Assembly: GCA_903863935.1 (NCBI GenBank)
Contig: CAIPDV010000099.1
Coordinates: 7,342 to 71,341, forward strand
Reading direction: 5' to 3'
Source: an uncultured Bacteroidota bacterium
GTDB lineage: Bacteria > Bacteroidota > Bacteroidia > JABEUT01
Length of the DNA stretch: 64,000 nucleotides
Shown here: positions 56,652 through 64,000 of the stretch, piece by piece
Layout: the number at the start of each line of letters is the position of its first letter
How positions within the stretch are numbered: the stretch's first letter is position 1
Made by a program: the position numbers and the translations under genes
The notes under the pieces: model-generated
What the model saw: the letters and a program-made list of their open reading frames with translations, nothing else
The model's database searches: none
What the model was told of the DNA's origin: nothing

Positions 56652-57056
56652 CTACATCGAACTCGTTTTCGTCTCGGTAGGTTTGCCGTCAGAGTATTTG
56701 GAAGGGCATTTCATAAGCACATCCTTGGCTTTAAATTCATCGTTTCCATTCGCTGAGCCAATAACCACAATCTGTTCGGAACGTTCAAAATCGTCTGGTT
56801 TTGGTTTTTCCAGCATTACTTTGCGCTCTGCTCCTTTGTTATCTATCAGATAAAAGGTAAACAGGTTAGCGTTTAATTGAGCATCGTAAAGGAATGGCTT
56901 GCTTTTATCCAGCTTTCCAACTACGTGATAAACCTTATCGGGATGGGAGGCTGCTTCATTAAAAGTAGCATACGTACTGTTATTGGAGAGTGAGGTCATA
57001 ACAACCCCAAAAGCTATAGCAATAATCAGAATTGCTACGATGTGTATCTTTTTCAT
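56652..57056 (-). CDS. ccmE: Cytochrome c maturation heme chaperone CcmE
   Basis: N-terminal TM anchor plus an OB-fold periplasmic domain, about 134 aa. Position between ccmD and ccmF. Confidence 0.7.
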   Translation of the reverse strand: MKKIHIVAILIIAIAFGVVMTSLSNNSTYATFNEAASHPDKVYHVVGKLDKSKPFLYDAQLNANLFTFYLIDNKGAERKVMLEKPKPDDFERSEQIVVIGSANGNDEFKAKDVLMKCPSKYSDGKPTETKTSSM

Positions 57057-57295
57057 TTATTTTTATTTTCTTCAATTTCCTTTTCAACGCGGGTTACCTT
57101 TCTGTCAATAGTTATTAGATAGACCAAAAGACCTACTAAAATTATTACCAGACACCCAACAACCACATAAATCATGCCGTTGCTTCTCATTTTATCTGCC
57201 ATTTCAAGCGGCTGAGATGAGGCGGGGGTTTGTGCGGTTACAAGAACACTGCAAAGTACGAACATTATAAGTGAAAGGAAACTGATTTTTCTCAT
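57053..57295 (-). CDS. ccmD: CcmD-like small membrane protein
   Basis: 80 aa, with a signal-like N-terminus and one TM helix (MIYVVVGCLVIILVGLLVYLITI). Lies between ccmC and ccmE. Confidence 0.5.
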   Translation of the reverse strand: MRKISFLSLIMFVLCSVLVTAQTPASSQPLEMADKMRSNGMIYVVVGCLVIILVGLLVYLITIDRKVTRVEKEIEENKNK

Positions 57296-57306
57296 GGTAA
57301 AATATG

Positions 57307-58041
57307 CTAAATGTTATGAAAATACCTTTTAATACGTTCGGTACGGATGTTGACAGATGCTATCCACGTGCAAAGCAAAAGCCAACCTATTACAGCGGGA
57401 TAAAATACCAGCCTCATGTGGCTGTCTAGATCGTATGAATTAAAGCCCGGATTTCCTCCATTACCTGGATGCATAGAATCTACATTGCTTAAGCGGGGAT
57501 ATATCATTATGAATACGATCATCATTACATAAGCAAAAATGTTATAAACCGCCGAAATCCTAGCTCTTTTCTGTTCATCATCCATAGCGTTACGAAGCAC
57601 TACATAGGCAAAGTAGCTTAACAGAGCAACAAATGCGCCATTTATTTTTGGGTCGCTTATCCAACTCACGCCACCGGTGCCGCCTTCCCATGAATAGGTA
57701 GCCCATAATGCTCCGGTTACCAATCCAAGTACTCCAAAAACCAATCCGGTGTATGTAGATTGGGATGCAATAATATCATAGTCTTCTTTAGGGTTATTAA
57801 GGTATTTAATACTGTAAACAAGCGAAACAGTAAAAATATACATCATGGCGAACCACATGCAAACATGGAAATAGAGATTACGGATAGTTTCATGCAAATG
57901 TGGCAATGCCGGAACTGGCATCAGGAAGCCCGCAATCACCGTATAGGTTAGGAAAATAACACATAGGTATTTCCACCAGGATTTCGATAATATGTCTTTC
58001 TTAATCATTAATAACTCTATTAAATTTTTTGTAAAGCCCAA
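57307..58041 (-). CDS. ccmC: Heme exporter protein CcmC
   Basis: Six TM helices and a Trp-rich periplasmic loop (WATYSWEGGTGGVSWISDP). The ORF as listed begins with TTG; an in-frame ATG (MIKKD…) lies 11 codons downstream. Confidence 0.7.
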   Translation of the reverse strand: MGFTKNLIELLMIKKDILSKSWWKYLCVIFLTYTVIAGFLMPVPALPHLHETIRNLYFHVCMWFAMMYIFTVSLVYSIKYLNNPKEDYDIIASQSTYTGLVFGVLGLVTGALWATYSWEGGTGGVSWISDPKINGAFVALLSYFAYVVLRNAMDDEQKRARISAVYNIFAYVMMIVFIMIYPRLSNVDSMHPGNGGNPGFNSYDLDSHMRLVFYPAVIGWLLLCTWIASVNIRTERIKRYFHNI

Positions 58042-58042
58042 T

Positions 58043-58130
58043 CGTCATTACGAGCCCTTGTCTGCGAAGCGGCAAGTGCGAAGTAATCTCTACATAATAA
58101 AAGAGATTGCTTCGTTCCTCGCAATGACGG
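58043..58130. repeat. Nested inverted repeats (predicted long stem-loop) in the ccmB–ccmC intergenic region
   Basis: Outer arms CGTCATTACGAG / CTCGCAATGACG. Inner 13-bp stem CGAAGTAATCTCT-10 nt-AGAGATTGCTTCG (one G.U). Also a TGCGAAG direct repeat. Confidence 0.55.
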
Positions 58131-58165
58131 TACTTTATTTCAAACATCCTAAAAATTCGTGTTTT

Positions 58166-58831
58166 TTAATCGCGCCAAAGATATGGAAATAATAAATAAC
58201 AAAGGGCTGCAATCATAGCATCTAAAGCAAGGAGTGTGGCAATATATCCGCCACATCCTGTGGTGTTTACTGCACCAATAGCCATGGTGGAAAGATTTTG
58301 GGCCGTAATAAGTAAAGGAACAAGTAATGGAAAGCTTAATACGGCCATTAAAGTAAACCCGCCACCGCCTTTTGAGGCTATTGAAAATGACATGGTAAGT
58401 AGCGATGAAATACCCCAAACAGTTAGTAAAAGGGCTGTTAAAAAAATTAAAAGATTGGTGTTTCCAAAGCCAATAAAAAACTGAAAACAAATAAAGGCTA
58501 TAATGCTTACAGCAAGCAGAAATACCCCATTATATAATAATCTTGCAAGGATAAACCGCGCAGGAGATATTAGGGTGTAGATGTAAAACATTTCACTTTC
58601 CCTGCCGGCAAAGCTGCCCGAAGTAGCAAACATGGAAATAAAGATGATCAGCAACCAAAACACTGCATTGTGTGTTGAGGTTTCAGTGCTTCCTTGCATA
58701 CCCAGGTAACTGATGTAAACCGTACTAGCTGTGTACAATAAAATAGCAAGCCATGCTTTGCGGCTGCGCAGCTCGTGCTGTAACTCACGTTGAATGATAG
58801 CTAGGACTTGATTCATGGGGCAAAGGTACAA
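58166..58831 (-). CDS. ccmB: Heme exporter protein CcmB (ABC permease)
   Basis: 221 aa, six TM helices, N-terminus MNQVLAIIQRELQHELRSRKAWL typical of CcmB. Confidence 0.7.
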   Translation of the reverse strand: MYLCPMNQVLAIIQRELQHELRSRKAWLAILLYTASTVYISYLGMQGSTETSTHNAVFWLLIIFISMFATSGSFAGRESEMFYIYTLISPARFILARLLYNGVFLLAVSIIAFICFQFFIGFGNTNLLIFLTALLLTVWGISSLLTMSFSIASKGGGGFTLMAVLSFPLLVPLLITAQNLSTMAIGAVNTTGCGGYIATLLALDAMIAALCYLLFPYLWRD

Positions 58832-58891
58832 ATTCCCCTACTTAAGAGGGGTGGGGGTGGGATACCAAATAAATTAATAATGAATAAATGT

Positions 58892-58899
58892 TACTTTTG
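58892..58899 (+). promoter_or_regulatory. Candidate -7 box (TAnnTTTG) for the MORN-repeat gene
   Basis: Exact TACTTTTG 10 nt upstream of the ATG at 58910, which implies a very short leader. A CCCCT…AGGGG palindrome lies just upstream. Confidence 0.3.
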
Positions 58900-58909
58900 A
58901 CTTAATAAA

Positions 58910-60052
58910 ATGAAGACTAAGAATATTATAATAATTGCAATTGCGTTTTTATGCTGTATATCCAATGTACATGCACAACAGGATTCCGATAGTGGGTTCA
59001 CGAATAAAAAAGAAGCGGAAAACAAAATGGTTAATGGGGTAAAGGAGGGTAAATGGATAGAATATGCCGATGCTAAATGGGATTTTAATTCAACAAAAAG
59101 ATATGTCTATTATCGTTTAATCACCTATAGCCATGGAAAGCCAATTGGACTTATTCGTGATTATTACAAAAATGGAAGACTTCAAATGTCTGGCATGTAT
59201 TCATCGTTGTCACCTTCGGTAAAGGAGGGTGTTTTTAAGTATTATTATAAAAATGGGAAGTTACAAACATATGATTCATGTTACATTAAAGATGATTTTA
59301 ATGGTATTGTCAGGCGATACTATAAGAATGGCAAGCTACAATTTGAATGTCCTGTTCAGTCTTGTATTGCTAATGGCATAGCAAAAGATTATTATAAAAA
59401 TGGAAGATTAAAATGTGTTAGCCCTTTTGACGGAGGTATATTGAATGGTTTGCAAAAAGTGTATTACCAAGATGGAAAAATTGAATATGAAATACCTTTT
59501 GTTGATAGCATTTTAAACGGATACCTTAATTATTACTCAATGGATGGTATTCTTATTGGTGAAATATATTTAAAAGAAGGGGTTTCCGATACAGTGAAAG
59601 TCCATTATGAAAATGGGGGATTAAAATTTGTAGCGCATTATATCGATACTTTTCAGAATATAACTGGCAAGAAGATAAATTGGAATAAAATAAAAGCTTT
59701 CAACCCTTTGAAAATTACGGGTACTCTAAAAGAATATTCAGAAAATGGCAACCAACTAACTGAAACCTTTATTGCAGATAGCATTATCAATAACATTGGA
59801 AAACAATATTATAAAAACGGAAAATTGAAAGGTGAGGTTGCTTTAAAAAATGGAAAGGCAAACGGGTTGTTAAAAAGCTATTATGAGAGTGGTGTTGTAT
59901 CTTATCAATGTCACTTTGTATATGGAAAACCTGACGGTGTAGAATATTCATTTTATGAAAGTGGCAAGATAAAAAGTGAGACTTTATTCAAAAAGGGTAA
60001 AGAGGGAAGAACAATAAATTTTGATGAAGCAGGAAAAGAAATCAAGAAATAG
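58910..60052 (+). CDS. MORN_2-repeat protein (YwqK-family antitoxin-like)
   Basis: Signal peptide, then at least 10 tandem ~23-aa repeats of the form YYKNGKL(Q/K)…G…(K/R).YY. Confidence 0.7.
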   Translation: MKTKNIIIIAIAFLCCISNVHAQQDSDSGFTNKKEAENKMVNGVKEGKWIEYADAKWDFNSTKRYVYYRLITYSHGKPIGLIRDYYKNGRLQMSGMYSSLSPSVKEGVFKYYYKNGKLQTYDSCYIKDDFNGIVRRYYKNGKLQFECPVQSCIANGIAKDYYKNGRLKCVSPFDGGILNGLQKVYYQDGKIEYEIPFVDSILNGYLNYYSMDGILIGEIYLKEGVSDTVKVHYENGGLKFVAHYIDTFQNITGKKINWNKIKAFNPLKITGTLKEYSENGNQLTETFIADSIINNIGKQYYKNGKLKGEVALKNGKANGLLKSYYESGVVSYQCHFVYGKPDGVEYSFYESGKIKSETLFKKGKEGRTINFDEAGKEIKK

Positions 60053-60137
60053 ATTTATATTCCATGTGAAACTCTGTTTACTCCAGCCCTTTGTGTTGAA
60101 ATTTCCTCTCCTTCCCCAAAAAGCCTATCTTTATAAA

Positions 60138-60923
60138 ATGAAAACAAAACTCCTAGCTGCATTCATCGTTGCAAATGCTTTTTTCGCCTTTACTGTTGTT
60201 GCTCAGCAAAGCAGCGACACCATGGGTTTCACTAATAAGGCCGAAGCAAAAAACCTGTTATTGGATATGACAAGGCAAGGCAAATGGGTTTTGTATTACG
60301 ACAGCACTTTTTATCATACCACCGACCTTGATGCTCCTTATTATAGCCTGGCTTACTATAAGGACGGAAAGGTGCAGGGTATGGTACGAATGTATTATGC
60401 TAATGGTAAGATATTTAGCGAATTGCCTTACAAAGACGGCAAAAGGGATGGTACCGAAAAAATGTATTTTCCGGATGGGAAAAACAAAGGCGAAGCTTCA
60501 TTTACAAATGACAAACAGATGGGTGTTACCAAAGCGTATTACAAAAACGGAAAATTGAGAGGTGAATATGCTTTTATAGACGATAAACAAAACGGTGTAG
60601 CTAAAGAGTATTATGATAACGGACAGTTAAAAGGTGAGTTTCCGTATACCGATGGATTGCAAAACGGACTTGAAAAAGATTATTACAGAAGCGGTAAACT
60701 AAGTGGGCAATATCCATTTAAAGATGGCAAGCGAAATGGTACCCTTATTGAATATTACGAAAATGGAACCATTCAGCGGGAATATATTTGCAAGGACGAT
60801 AAACTGAATGGTGTTTTTAAAGAATATTATGAAAATGGTAAGTTGAAAACACAGATATCATATATGGATGGCCAGCAAGGCGAGACGATAAAATATGATG
60901 AACAGGGTAACGCAATAAAATAG
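60138..60923 (+). CDS. MORN_2-repeat protein (YwqK-family-like), second paralogue
   Basis: The ORF track starts at 60021, but the signal peptide MKTKLLAAFIVANAFFAFTVVAQQ begins at the internal ATG at 60138. About 9 tandem repeats of YY.NGKL…G….K.YY. Confidence 0.65.
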   Translation: MKTKLLAAFIVANAFFAFTVVAQQSSDTMGFTNKAEAKNLLLDMTRQGKWVLYYDSTFYHTTDLDAPYYSLAYYKDGKVQGMVRMYYANGKIFSELPYKDGKRDGTEKMYFPDGKNKGEASFTNDKQMGVTKAYYKNGKLRGEYAFIDDKQNGVAKEYYDNGQLKGEFPYTDGLQNGLEKDYYRSGKLSGQYPFKDGKRNGTLIEYYENGTIQREYICKDDKLNGVFKEYYENGKLKTQISYMDGQQGETIKYDEQGNAIK

Positions 60924-60976
60924 TTCTTAAAAAAGCTTTCCCCATTTTTACTATGTTTGTTCCAAAAACATAACGC

Positions 60977-61438
60977 ATGGAACCAACTATACGGCCACTC
61001 AGCAATGAAGAAAAAAACATGATGGAGTTCCATAGGGATATTGCTGCTAAGATCTGTAAAAAATATGCCCCTGAATTTGATGGTACTTTCAATTCAAAAA
61101 TGTTGAGTACGGTTTTTTCCAATTGGCTGCAAAGCCGCGAGGAATTTGTGAAAGAAAACTACGACATGGATTTTTATGCTGAGAAGGAAAGAAAGGTTTC
61201 AGCTTATATGATTAAAATGTGTCTTGGCACAGTGTTCGGAGATATTCTGAATAAGGAGTTCCAATCGGAATGGAAACATGTTACTGACCAATATGGGGAA
61301 GAGATAAGTATATATCATTCAGGGTCGAAGTACGCCACCTTTCCTTATTCTTCAATCCAAAAAAGGTTTGAATCAAAAGAATTGAATTTCTTTCAGGCTA
61401 TTGAAGATACCATGCGCTGGAATGTTCAGAAAAAATAA
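60977..61438 (+). CDS. Hypothetical cytoplasmic 153-aa protein embedded in the MORN/YwqK array (possible immunity-type protein)
   Basis: No signal peptide, no MORN repeats, helical composition. Flanked on both sides by MORN_2 paralogues. Confidence 0.45.
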   Translation: MEPTIRPLSNEEKNMMEFHRDIAAKICKKYAPEFDGTFNSKMLSTVFSNWLQSREEFVKENYDMDFYAEKERKVSAYMIKMCLGTVFGDILNKEFQSEWKHVTDQYGEEISIYHSGSKYATFPYSSIQKRFESKELNFFQAIEDTMRWNVQKK

Positions 61439-61513
61439 ATTGAGCGAGATCAGGGGTAAATACTTATTCCCATTATAATCCACTATTTATGAGTAAATAC
61501 TATATTTGATACT

Positions 61514-62131
61514 GTGAAATCGTTCAAGAAGTTTGCATTACAAGTCTGTTGCATACCACTATTGCTTTGGGGTTGCCACAAATATGACCTTGTGAAAAAT
61601 TATTATAGAAGTGGTAAGATAATGAGCGAAATACCCTATAAGGATGGCAAGGTGAATGGAATTGACAAAATGTATTTTGAAAGTGGTATTGTAAGCGGAG
61701 TTACACCCTATACAAATGGTAAAAAAAATGGTACCCAACGATTTTATTGGCCGAGCGGGAAACTAAAAAGTATTTATCACTATACAAATGATGCCTTGGA
61801 TAGTATAGGAACCGAATATTACGAGACCGGGGTGTTGCGAATGACCGAAGAATATTCATCCGGTAATATAAACGGAACCCAAAAATTTTATTACTAGAAT
61901 GGGAAACTAAAAAGTGAATGCACTTTTAAGAATAGTAAAAAAGATGGACTGTTTAAATTTTATTATGAAAGTGGAACTTTAAAAACTGAAATTTCATATA
62001 AAAATGACAATGAGGACGGTCTTCACAGAGAATATTATGAAAATGGAAAGCTACAGAGTGAAATGATTCCAAGTAACTGTGGCATGAGCGTAATGAAGCG
62101 TTACGATGAAAACGGTAATGAAAAGAAGTAG
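61514..62131 (+). pseudogene. MORN_2-repeat lipoprotein gene interrupted by an in-frame amber (TAG) codon at 61895..61897
   Basis: ORF 61514..61897 (…GTQKFYY*) continues in the same frame as NGKLKSECTFKNSKKDGLFKFYYESGTLK… to a stop at about 62129. The TAG sits exactly where the repeat consensus has E/K/Q in YY(E/K)NGKLK. Confidence 0.5.
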
Positions 62132-62136
62132 CCTGA

Positions 62137-62697
62137 TTATTTGTCCATTTTACTTTTTGCCTCCATGCACCAAAGTAGCTCACTAATAAAGGCTGAAGCG
62201 CGTTTATCAGTTGCAGGTTTGTCAGTTGGATTTCCAAACTCATCGAATGCATTTTGAACTTTCGGCACCGGAAACATGGCAGGAACAGTCCAGGCTCTTA
62301 TTTTCCACAAAGAGAATTGCAGTGAAGTGATAACTTGAGTTCCGCCAAATATCCCATTAGAAGCAGTGGAAATAGCGATAGGTTTGCGGTGCCATTCTTC
62401 GTATAATAAATCGATTGCATTTTTAAGGCTGGCAGGGTAACCACCATTATATTCAGGGGTTACAATAATAACCCCGTCGGAAGATTTAATTTTTCCGGAG
62501 AACTCCAGCATTGCAGGAGTCGGATTTTTCTGAAATTGTAGCCGTTCATCAAATAACGGGAATTGGTACGTGTTTAAATCAATTATTTCGGCTGTGGCTA
62601 AATTATTCGTTACAATATAATTTTTAAAGTAGAGGGCCAGTCTGTGGCTGTTTCTGCCAATACGAACGCTGGATGAAATAATTGAAATATGAGGCAT
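62137..62697 (-). CDS. NADPH-dependent FMN reductase family flavoprotein
   Basis: Flavodoxin-like fold. N-terminal ISSSVRIGRNSHRLA and the GVIIVTPEYNGGYPASLKNAID motif. Confidence 0.75.
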   Translation of the reverse strand: MPHISIISSSVRIGRNSHRLALYFKNYIVTNNLATAEIIDLNTYQFPLFDERLQFQKNPTPAMLEFSGKIKSSDGVIIVTPEYNGGYPASLKNAIDLLYEEWHRKPIAISTASNGIFGGTQVITSLQFSLWKIRAWTVPAMFPVPKVQNAFDEFGNPTDKPATDKRASAFISELLWCMEAKSKMDK

Positions 62698-62835
62698 TTG
62701 ACTTAATAATTTAATGTTAAAAGTAAGCTATATTTAATTGGTAAAATTGAAGTAAATCACAAAAATCATGTTCTTAATATGTATTACTTTTGGTTTTGAA
62801 TAATAAAACGTCCTATTTTCTGTTATTCACAAAGC

Positions 62836-63204
62836 ATGAAGATATCATTCACCCTGTTATTGCTATTTATCCTATCATTTGGCTGTAAAGCTCAGAAAAA
62901 TGATACGGTAGAGATAATCCACAATTTGCTTGCTGGTACCTGGGTTGATGTCGAAAATCCAGACCATATTTGGTCTATTTCAAAAGATACCATACGAACT
63001 GAAATTACTTGTTGGGCTAAATACAAAATTGATATAGAGCATCATCAAGGGGTAAAAACGGCTGGTATTTATTGGTTTGGGTTAGGGTACCAATATTGCG
63101 GAGAAGCATTCCGCTTACATATTGATAATATTTCACTTGATAAAAACTCTATGAACTTCCATGATAATGACAATGGAGTCACTTATCGGTTTAAACGGAA
63201 ATAG
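62836..63204 (+). CDS. Small secreted lipocalin-like protein (putative lipoprotein)
   Basis: Signal peptide ending LSFGCKAQ. Mature N-terminus LLAGTWVDVENPDH has the G.W start motif shared with ORF 26644..27093. Confidence 0.5.
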   Translation: MKISFTLLLLFILSFGCKAQKNDTVEIIHNLLAGTWVDVENPDHIWSISKDTIRTEITCWAKYKIDIEHHQGVKTAGIYWFGLGYQYCGEAFRLHIDNISLDKNSMNFHDNDNGVTYRFKRK

Positions 63205-63326
63205 TTTTTTATCTAACATATCATTTTATATCCTGAAAAGAAACTTTAGTCACAGTTTAGTATGGCTAAGGAATTGTATTTTTGAATTCATCGTTCAACA
63301 TTATTCTTGATTATTATTAAAAGCCA

Positions 63327-64000
63327 ATGAGGTTTACCACACTATGTGTTTTGTTCACTTTTTTATGCGGTTGTCAGCGTGAACATGGCTTCACGTTAAA
63401 GTCAGATGCAGGTAATGTGGTGAAAAATGGTGTAAAAGAGGGTAAGTGGATAGAATATTATGATGCCGATGGTCGTTTGGTTAAAGATAGTAACCGTTCG
63501 TTTTACTATACTCTTATAGAGTACCAGGCCGGTGTGCAAACAGGTTATTCCAATTCATTTTACAGAAATGGGATGCCCTACAAAGTAAACCGGTATGAAA
63601 ACGGTGAAAAAGAAGGTTTAGAGAAAGAATATTTTCCGAACGGGCAATTGAGCCGCGAAACAGAAAATACCCAGGGGTTCAAAAATGGGGTTGAAAACAT
63701 TTATTATGAGGATGGAAATTTAAAAATTGAACATTCTTACAAACAGGGAAAAAAGAATGGAATAGAAAGATATTTTTATAAGTCGGGGAAACTAATGTAT
63801 ACCTACACGTTTATCAACGATAAAGAAGACGGCGTTCAAAAATGGTATTATGAAAGCGGGGCATTACGTCAGGAAATCCCCTATGTTGATGGAATGAGAA
63901 ACGGTATAAAAAAAGGATATTTTGAAGATGGAACTATTGCGCGTATTTCTCCATTTACAAATGACCGGGAAGATGGTGATGAAGTGTGGTATTATCCGAA
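63327..64000 (+). CDS. MORN_2-repeat lipoprotein, 3' partial (runs off the window end)
   Basis: ATG at about 63327. Lipoprotein signal LCVLFTFLCGC. Repeats (KEGKWIEYYDADGRL…, YFPNGQLSRE…, YYEDGNLKIEHSYKQGKKNG…) continue to nt 64000 with no stop. Confidence 0.6.
   Translation, partial: MRFTTLCVLFTFLCGCQREHGFTLKSDAGNVVKNGVKEGKWIEYYDADGRLVKDSNRSFYYTLIEYQAGVQTGYSNSFYRNGMPYKVNRYENGEKEGLEKEYFPNGQLSRETENTQGFKNGVENIYYEDGNLKIEHSYKQGKKNGIERYFYKSGKLMYTYTFINDKEDGVQKWYYESGALRQEIPYVDGMRNGIKKGYFEDGTIARISPFTNDREDGDEVWYYP

Noticed and set aside
56620-56853. 77-aa plus-strand ORF overlapping ccmE and the 22-bp inverted repeat
   Set aside because: It is antisense to ccmE and begins inside the repeat element. 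No coding signature.
1-64000. Mobile elements, CRISPR arrays, tRNA/rRNA genes
   Set aside because: Scanning the intergenic regions and the ORF translations found no transposase, integrase, phage-like proteins, arrays of regularly spaced direct repeats or tRNA-like cloverleaf candidates. The only repeats are the local hairpins reported above.

Overview
This window reads as a 64-kb chromosomal segment from a low-GC Bacteroidota genome. Support comes from three T9SS C-terminal sorting-domain proteins, a GldC gliding-motility homologue, a Bacteroidota-type Rho with a long N-terminal extension and arrays of MORN_2/YwqK-type repeat proteins. No tRNA, rRNA, CRISPR array, IS element or integrase was seen. 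About 45 genes are densely packed. Many are housekeeping: tsaB, rho, tpiA, nfo, a dihydroorotase-like amidohydrolase, a kdsC-like phosphatase and a system-I cytochrome c maturation operon (ccmB, ccmC, ccmD, ccmE, ccmF). The most unusual region is a roughly 15-kb envelope-modification locus at about 1–16.2 kb. It holds a GH3/beta-lactamase-fold fusion enzyme and a DUF2079-like polytopic membrane protein on the plus strand. Convergent with these is a seven-gene minus-strand block: an MBOAT O-acyltransferase, three tandem diverged AlgX/AlgJ/PatB-like SGNH-fold paralogues, and three GT-C (PMT/ArnT-like) membrane glycosyltransferases. It looks like an uncharacterised periplasmic glycosylation and O-acylation system. 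Other items worth a second look: a conserved but functionally unknown MoxR–DUF58–DUF4350–DUF4129–SpoIIM-like–RDD cluster; a secreted protein with an extreme Tyr/Trp/Pro-rich block and a Gln/Pro-rich tail; a 1495-aa secreted protein that overlaps the tpiA stop codon and is probably co-transcribed; structured inverted-repeat elements inside the ccm operon; an in-frame amber stop in a MORN-repeat gene; and a C-rich, G-poor leader upstream of rho. All calls come from reading the translated ORFs and the nucleotide sequence by eye. No database search was run, and coordinates of non-ORF features are approximate to within about 2 nt.
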